A stretch of 64,000 bases of DNA. It comes from an uncultured delta proteobacterium. Its GTDB lineage: Bacteria; Desulfobacterota; Binatia; UBA9968. Below the pieces are notes generated by a model. It was not told where the DNA came from, ran no database searches, and saw only the letters and a program-made list of their open reading frames with translations. The stretch is from positions 2,723,512 through 2,787,511 of the forward strand of contig CAWDMI010000002.1 of the NCBI GenBank assembly GCA_963803415.1, read 5' to 3'. Position 1 is the stretch's first letter, and the number at the start of each line of letters is the position of its first letter. The translations under genes and the position numbers were made by a program. Of this stretch, positions 58,485-64,000 are shown in pieces.

Positions 58485-59471
58485 CTAGAAGCGGCCTTCT
58501 TTCTCTAATTTTCTTACAATGCTGTCATCTACCAAGTTTTCCGCCTTGAGGCGGCGGATCTTTTCATTAGTGGCGCCCGTTAGCCGGATGACGTTACGGA
58601 TACCGTCGACGCTGGGATAGATCTTCTTTTCGTAAATACCAACGATGCTCTGATAGCCTTGCTCGGTGTCCTCGACGCGCGGCAGGCGAAGGCCTTTGGC
58701 CAAGCTTTTCATGACCTGGGCTTTATTGGCCGGATTGCGAATGAAGGCCACGGCATCGAGCAACCCGCGCAGCACGTTTTCCACCGTGGCGGGGGACGAG
58801 GCCATCAGGCTGCGCCGCGTAATGATCCCGGATCCTTGGTAAGGAATGGGTAGTTTCTCCAAATCGGCCAGGACGCGAAACCCCTTGTTCTGGAGCAGGG
58901 TCCCAAAAGTGTAGCCGATCTGACACCCGTCGATAACCCCGGAGCTTAACGCTTCGGCGCGTATGGAGTCGGAACCCAGAGTCCTGATCGAGATGGCGTC
59001 TCGTTTGGGGTCGAGTCCCCAGTAATCCAAAGTCAGCATCGTGAAAATCCACCCGCCGCCGCTCAAGCTATTCACTCCCAGGCTCTTGCCTTTCAATTCC
59101 TCCGGGCTCTTGATCTTGGGATTCACGACGAACATACCGGTCAGCTTGTTGATAAAGCCGGCTACGAAAGTCAAATCGGCTCCTTCTGCAATCGCCCCAA
59201 GGTTCGCCGCGGTAACCGATCCCCAGTGGAACTGAGACTCACCGGAACTCAGCGCGGACATCCCAACCGGGCCGTTGCGCACCTGGACGAAGGTCAGATC
59301 CACGCCGTACTTGCGGAAAAACCCTTGATCCTGGGCGACGTAAACCGCGCCTTCGCGCTCGCTATAAGATCCGGTTGTCATGACAACCTTAGCCAGCGGC
59401 GCGGCTGCTTGGGCGGAATAGGTGAAGACGACAAAAAACAACACCAGTAAGTGACTCACTAGGATTTTCAT
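58485..59471 (-). CDS. NMT1/THI5-like (SsuA/TauA-type) ABC substrate-binding protein
   Basis: Signal peptide and NMT1-like pattern. Confidence 0.65.
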   Translation of the reverse strand: MKILVSHLLVLFFVVFTYSAQAAAPLAKVVMTTGSYSEREGAVYVAQDQGFFRKYGVDLTFVQVRNGPVGMSALSSGESQFHWGSVTAANLGAIAEGADLTFVAGFINKLTGMFVVNPKIKSPEELKGKSLGVNSLSGGGWIFTMLTLDYWGLDPKRDAISIRTLGSDSIRAEALSSGVIDGCQIGYTFGTLLQNKGFRVLADLEKLPIPYQGSGIITRRSLMASSPATVENVLRGLLDAVAFIRNPANKAQVMKSLAKGLRLPRVEDTEQGYQSIVGIYEKKIYPSVDGIRNVIRLTGATNEKIRRLKAENLVDDSIVRKLEKEGRF

Positions 59472-60551
59472 TGCGCAAGCCCCCTTATGTATTGAAGATA
59501 AAGCCTGACGACTGGAGACGTAGTGTGCTCCTTATCGATGAGAATGTCACGCGGTTTGTCAGACAGTGTCAAAACACAGGGGAGCCCTTCAACGGGGCTC
59601 AGGACGAACGGAGTTTCACATAGTCTGTTGCTGCGTGTGATTCATGCGAGCTGTAGATGCGCCGGAACTTATCGAGGTCCGGCTCCACCAACTTGGATAG
59701 CAACACCTACAGTGGACGAAGGAGGCCTAAGCAAGAAAAATCGAGTAACAATTGGCAAGATTAAGTTGGCAGATGAACAGACACAAGATAAAAGCGCCGC
59801 GACGATTCGTGCTGTTTATAGTCGCGGCGCTTCTCGCCCTTGGCGTTATGGCTGTTCGTGTTGCAGATCCTGACGCTGCTTCTTCTCTTGTTTCCGATTA
59901 GTCTGCTTCTGTGGCGACTGTTGGGTATCAGACTTACCAGGCTGTTGGCCTCTGCGCGATTGCTCTTGTTCTTCTTTTCGGTGCAGTTTGTTGCGGGGGC
60001 GCTCTTGTTGTTTCTGGCGTGCCTGCGCGGCGCGGCTCTACAGCCGCGGGCCGAATTGAAATCCGATGCCCCGGTGCCGTGCTATCCTTTAGTCCCATTT
60101 CCAGTGCTGCGACCTGGGTTACCGGTTTGCCTTGCTGCTTCCGGATCTCGGGCAGCTTTTGCTGGAATGTAGGGGGTGGTGGCGGCGGTGCGGTACGCAC
60201 GACAGCCGCGTGTGACAGAACCTTTGTGGGCGGTCGCTGCGCGCCTCCCTGCCTTCGGCCACGCGTAAGGACGAACGGCTCGGTACCGGCAGTGGCTGCT
60301 GCAGCATGCGGAGCGAGGTCGCAAGCGGGTAACTTTTTTCCCAACGAGGAGATTCTTTCCATGATGTCGATAACCATGAGCGCAGACGCAGCTAACCCGA
60401 TGGTTTCAATTTGTTTCGGGCGCGCCACGAGACGCTCCCCTAGCGCAGTTATCGAGAGTCAGGGGGAGCAAACACGGCGGAGCAACATGGACATGCCGCG
60501 CCTGCTCCCCCTCGACACAGAAGATGAGTGAGTCTTAACAGGCGAGAAAAG

Positions 60552-60935
60552 CTACCGCTCCCACCAATGATGATAGTCCCACCACGCGTGGTAGTGTCCG
60601 TCCTCACCCCTATACTGCCACCAGCGGTGATGTTCATTGAGGTCGTGTCTCAACTCTCCGTGGTCGTTCCTCACCGCATCGCGATCCTGGCGGATTTCCG
60701 CTCTGTCGCGAGCGATCTCTCCCCGGCCGGCGTCGCTGCGCAGATCTTGGTGGAGTTCCCTTCTGTCTCGTTGGAGCTCGCTCAGATCTTGTTGCAGCTC
60801 CCTCTGATCGCGGCGAATTTCCGCGCCCGGGTGGTCCGCTGCCAAGGCGGGGCCTGCGAAAGCACCGATGGCGCCGGCAACCAAGCCGCCTAAAATCATT
60901 ACTTTAGTTCCTTTCTTATTCCGTGAACCGCTCAT
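60552..60935 (-). CDS. Small secreted protein with four roughly 11-aa acidic/basic repeats (EIRRDQRELQQDL-like) and a His/Trp-rich C-terminus (HHRWWQYRGEDGHYHAWWDYHHWWER)
   Basis: RBS aaaggagg 9 nt upstream of the ATG at 60935; signal peptide MSGSRNKKGTKVMILGGLVAGAIGAFAGPALA. Confidence 0.5.
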   Translation of the reverse strand: MSGSRNKKGTKVMILGGLVAGAIGAFAGPALAADHPGAEIRRDQRELQQDLSELQRDRRELHQDLRSDAGRGEIARDRAEIRQDRDAVRNDHGELRHDLNEHHRWWQYRGEDGHYHAWWDYHHWWER

Positions 60936-60980
60936 AATTATTAAACCTCCTTTATCTCCTACAAACACGCTGCCGCGTTT

Positions 60981-61000
60981 ATAGGGAAATTTTTCCCTAT
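60981..61000. promoter_or_regulatory. Perfect 20-bp palindrome ATAGGGAAATTTTTCCCTAT (candidate operator) upstream of the gene at 60935; an extra half-site lies near 61046
   Basis: Read directly. Confidence 0.45.
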
Positions 61001-62055
61001 CCAAATATTTTTTCCGTGCCTTGGCATCGGAAATACCGGTAAAGATAGGGAACTCGCGAATCACGATAAATAAACAGGGCAAGAACCGGACCATCAAGCT
61101 GAATGAGTTTTGGTAAAACAAACAATGTAAGAATCATTCCGTTTTTTTGGTTGTTTGCGGTGTTTCCATCAGGACGTCGAGGGGCTTACCCAATAGTGAA
61201 GCGGAAATGGCACAACCTGTCGCCTTTTGGGGACGGCGGTTACCCCCATCCCGATATTGATGGGTCTAAGTTTTCGCAGCTTGCGCAAATTCTTGCATCA
61301 TTCGACGAACCACTTCCTAACCACGAAGGTGACGAAAATCACGAAGGAAAAGAAAATCATATTGAAAACGGATCGTTTTTCTAACGTTCTTTTTGGTTCT
61401 TCGTGTCCTTCGCGCGCTTTGTGGTAACAGCGTATTTTCTCGTCGATTCGGCAACTCACGGTCGGGGCGCCGGAAAGTTTGCAAGCTGCGAAAACTTTCA
61501 AGCATGGTAGTACGAAGGTCACGAACTGGCTCAAAAAAATAGTTAGTTTAAACTTCGTGCTTACTGTCATTCAACATTGCTCAGGAACGTGAGCCTGCCC
61601 TTCGAGAAGCCCAGGGCTGCGTCTTCGCCGCGTTAGGTCTCTGTGGTGAACACTCCGTCACAGTAAACTCGAAAGGGCAATATTTGTGTCAGGCAACGGG
61701 AGAAAGAACGGACGGATATCCTTGAGTCGGCTTGTCGGGAAAGCAATCAGCGACTTGGAATTGCGCTTAGGAGCGGTGGGAGCGCCGTTGACTACTTGGC
61801 GCCAGGATTTCAATGCGCAAGGAAAAGCACGTCAAGAAGATCTCTCTTGCGGACGTCCTTGTTATCCTCAATCCGTACCTGAAAGTCGATCTGCCGTCTA
61901 GAGTTTCCTCATTTTGACTGGATCGTTCTCTTTACCCTCAGAAGGCCGCGTCGATGGATCGGAAAAAACCAGCAAGATTTGTAATTTTGACATAAACATG
62001 CGCTCGTTGTGTCACTGTTTTTCAAGCAGGCAGAGAAAAACCCAAGCAATCCACG

Positions 62056-62673
62056 TTGGCAGCAAAATTGCTGACTCCCTACGGGGGAGATTTGGTCTTG
62101 AATCGAGAACATCATAGTTTTGTGCTGCCGCGAGGCGTTCCTGCGACTGACGAGGAAGTTGAGAAGAATCTACTGAAACGCCTGCAGAAGGATGTGGGAG
62201 AATTAACGGAAACTTTGTGGCAGCTTTTTCTCTTTTACGAAGGACTAGGGCGCAATGAATTATGTGCTGATGTCGTAAACGTAATCATGCAGTACTGCGA
62301 TGATCTGGAAGATCGGGCATATAGCTATCTCGTTTTGGGACAACTCGCAGAAAAAAGCCACAAATACACCGAGGCCCTTGAACACTACGCCAGAGGGATA
62401 GCGCTGAAGCCCAGCGAAAAGAGAACCGCATACTTCCTTTACAACAACACGGGCCGTTGCTTGAACCTGCAGGGAATGCACGCGGAGGCGCAACGCAACT
62501 GCTGGTTGGCCGTCGAGATCGAGCCGCAACTGGCCAATGCCTTCAAGAACCTGGGGATAAGTCTAGCGGGTCAGAAAGATACGGCCGGTGCTTTCCGTGC
62601 CCATATCGAGGCCCTCAGGTGGTTCTACGATCCCAATCCATACCAGAATCCCTACCGACGCCACCGCAGGTAG
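62056..62673 (+). CDS. TPR-repeat protein
   Basis: TPR-like helical repeats (YSYLVLGQLAEKSHKYTEALEHYARGIALKP). Start uncertain; possibly TTG. Confidence 0.4.
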   Translation: MAAKLLTPYGGDLVLNREHHSFVLPRGVPATDEEVEKNLLKRLQKDVGELTETLWQLFLFYEGLGRNELCADVVNVIMQYCDDLEDRAYSYLVLGQLAEKSHKYTEALEHYARGIALKPSEKRTAYFLYNNTGRCLNLQGMHAEAQRNCWLAVEIEPQLANAFKNLGISLAGQKDTAGAFRAHIEALRWFYDPNPYQNPYRRHRR

Positions 62674-62685
62674 GAAAGCTCGTTG

Positions 62686-63033
62686 TTATTTCTCGGCCCT
62701 TACAACGGGAACACCGAAAGGTTCAGACCGGTTGCCGAAAAGGATCAATGGGCCGGTCCCCACGTTGCTGATCTGATAGTAGTCCTTGGCCCCGAGAAAA
62801 ACGACGTCGTTTTTTCCAACGACCCGCTCATTCCCCCCCATACCTTTAATGGATGCCTTTCCTTCAATCACGAGAAAGGTCTCCGGCGACTGGTGGTAAT
62901 GCATAGACGTCCCATCACCGGGCTCGAAGTAAAGCATCCACGAGCGGAAATTATCCCCTTCGAAAAGATGCGTGTTCCTTATCTTTTCCTTGCCGGCTTC
63001 GTCGATCTTCTGGCTCAAGCTAACGAACTCCAT
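62686..63033 (-). CDS. Cupin-domain protein
   Basis: Cupin motifs GDGTSMHYHQSPETFLVIEGKA and GKNDVVFLGAKDYYQISNVG. Confidence 0.7.
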   Translation of the reverse strand: MEFVSLSQKIDEAGKEKIRNTHLFEGDNFRSWMLYFEPGDGTSMHYHQSPETFLVIEGKASIKGMGGNERVVGKNDVVFLGAKDYYQISNVGTGPLILFGNRSEPFGVPVVRAEK

Positions 63034-63306
63034 GGTCTCCTCCTCAATGACTATTGTGAGCGAAAGTTATCGCGGCTGGGGTCGCCTTGTCAAACGAGCA
63101 TGCGCAAGACGCGACGGGTGGGCGAAGACCGCGGATCTGTGGAATCGATCACGGCAGTCTTATGCTGTGAAAGGCAGTCAGCCCACAGACGCCCGGCGCG
63201 TGCAAGCCGCAAACAAAGCAGCAAGCCTTACTTTACCGCAGAGACGCAGAGGATTAACAGCATAGGGCTAAGCGCATAGAGCAAGGGGCGGAGGGGATGC
63301 CATGCC

Positions 63307-63825
63307 CTATGCGCCATGCTCCTTAGCCCATCGGATTTCGTTGATGGATTCCTCGATAGACCTTAAGGGAGGCACGACCACCCAGCGGATACGATTTTGC
63401 GTCTTGTAACAGGCCTCGGCGAGGAAGCGGTTATAAGCGCGGCACAAAGCAATCTCGAGTTTCACGTCATCGGTGAGATAGATCAGGAACAGAGTAGGAT
63501 AAACGACCTGGATCTCCACGCCGAGTCTGTGCATGTCGCGGAGCCGCGACGGGATGTCGGTCAGCTCCCGGCAACCGATCTGGATATCTCCTCGGGAAGA
63601 CTCCAGCTTGGAAGCGGAAGGAGTAACGAGACGGAAGCTGCCCTTGCCCGCCGGTTTCGCAAAGATATTGCCGTCGATCAGCCAGAACGCATTGCGCGCG
63701 CCATAGAGTGTGTCCTCCGGAGTCGAGAGCAGCACCGGCCTGCGGGGGTACATCTCGTGATCCATGAGACTCCACATCCCTGGGGACTCCGCAATGTGCG
63801 TATCTGCGTCTACCACACCCAGCAT
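63307..63825 (-). pseudogene. Amidohydrolase-2 family protein, N-terminal roughly 170 aa only (truncated, or frameshifted downstream)
   Basis: VVDADTHIAE start typical of amidohydrolase 2. The ORF stops at 63307 without the C-terminal half of the barrel. Confidence 0.4.
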
Positions 63826-64000
63826 ACCAAACCTCCTTGCTGAGACCTGTTTTGCGCTACGATCATCCGCGGCCGTCTTTCGCTATTTCTCGCGCCTTGA
63901 AGCTCATTGTCAAGGATAACCCCGATTCCCGCTGAAAACCTTTAAATGTCTGGAAACTGTTAACCATAAAACCTATTGTAATATACAAGAAAGTTTGTAA

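Noticed and set aside
59840-60172. Leu-rich 110-aa plus-strand ORF (MALWLFVLQILTLLLLLF...)
   Set aside because: It is a translation artefact of CTT/CTG-rich sequence. No charged loops are present and the protein-like alternative frames overlap it.

Overview
This is a high-GC (about 60-65%) bacterial chromosomal window. It most likely comes from an uncultured soil- or sediment-type bacterium (Deltaproteobacteria- or Rokubacteria-like), but that is a guess from gene content, not a determination. I saw no rRNA, tRNA or CRISPR array.

Ordinary content:
- a glcD/glcF/glcE glycolate oxidase operon
- a four-gene sugar-type ABC transporter
- an Amt ammonium transporter
- a beta-oxidation-like block (thiolase, DUF35, crotonase, acyl-CoA ligase)
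- several orphan iron-type substrate-binding proteins next to amidohydrolases
- a VapBC toxin-antitoxin pair
- aminotransferase, enolase-superfamily enzyme, carboxymuconolactone decarboxylase family (CMD), berberine-bridge-enzyme-type (BBE) FAD oxidase and other enzymes

Most notable signals:
1. A putative sigma-54 regulatory module. A multi-GAF sensor histidine kinase, a single-domain receiver and an NtrC-type activator lie at 0.4-5.4 kb. Immediately beyond them are three tandem paralogous universal stress protein (USP)-like genes. Each has its own textbook -24/-12 sigma-54 promoter, and one has a clear intrinsic terminator.
2. An ArsM/UbiE-like methyltransferase with an in-frame TGA at a conserved Cys position, followed by two hairpins. 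It is a candidate selenoprotein.
3. A DUF559 endonuclease-like gene flanked by inverted copies of an approximately 35-bp palindromic repeat, plus a (TC)17 microsatellite. Together they look inserted into the two-component operon.
4. A periplasmic binding protein that is translationally coupled to a membrane sensor, HAMP, PP2C phosphatase and RsbW-like kinase fusion, with a STAS antagonist upstream.
5. A cytochrome c fused to an outer-membrane barrel.
6. A B12/[4Fe-4S] reductase of the RdhA/QueG superfamily with a 7Fe ferredoxin directly downstream of it.
7. Several small secreted aromatic- or His-rich proteins.
8. Recurrent short dispersed repeats: CACGAR tandem units at gene ends, a 25-bp TTCGCAGCTTGCGCAAA element, and a GAGATCTC operator array.
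9. Multiple genes interrupted by 1-bp homopolymer frameshifts or in-frame stops. These may be sequencing errors rather than true pseudogenes.
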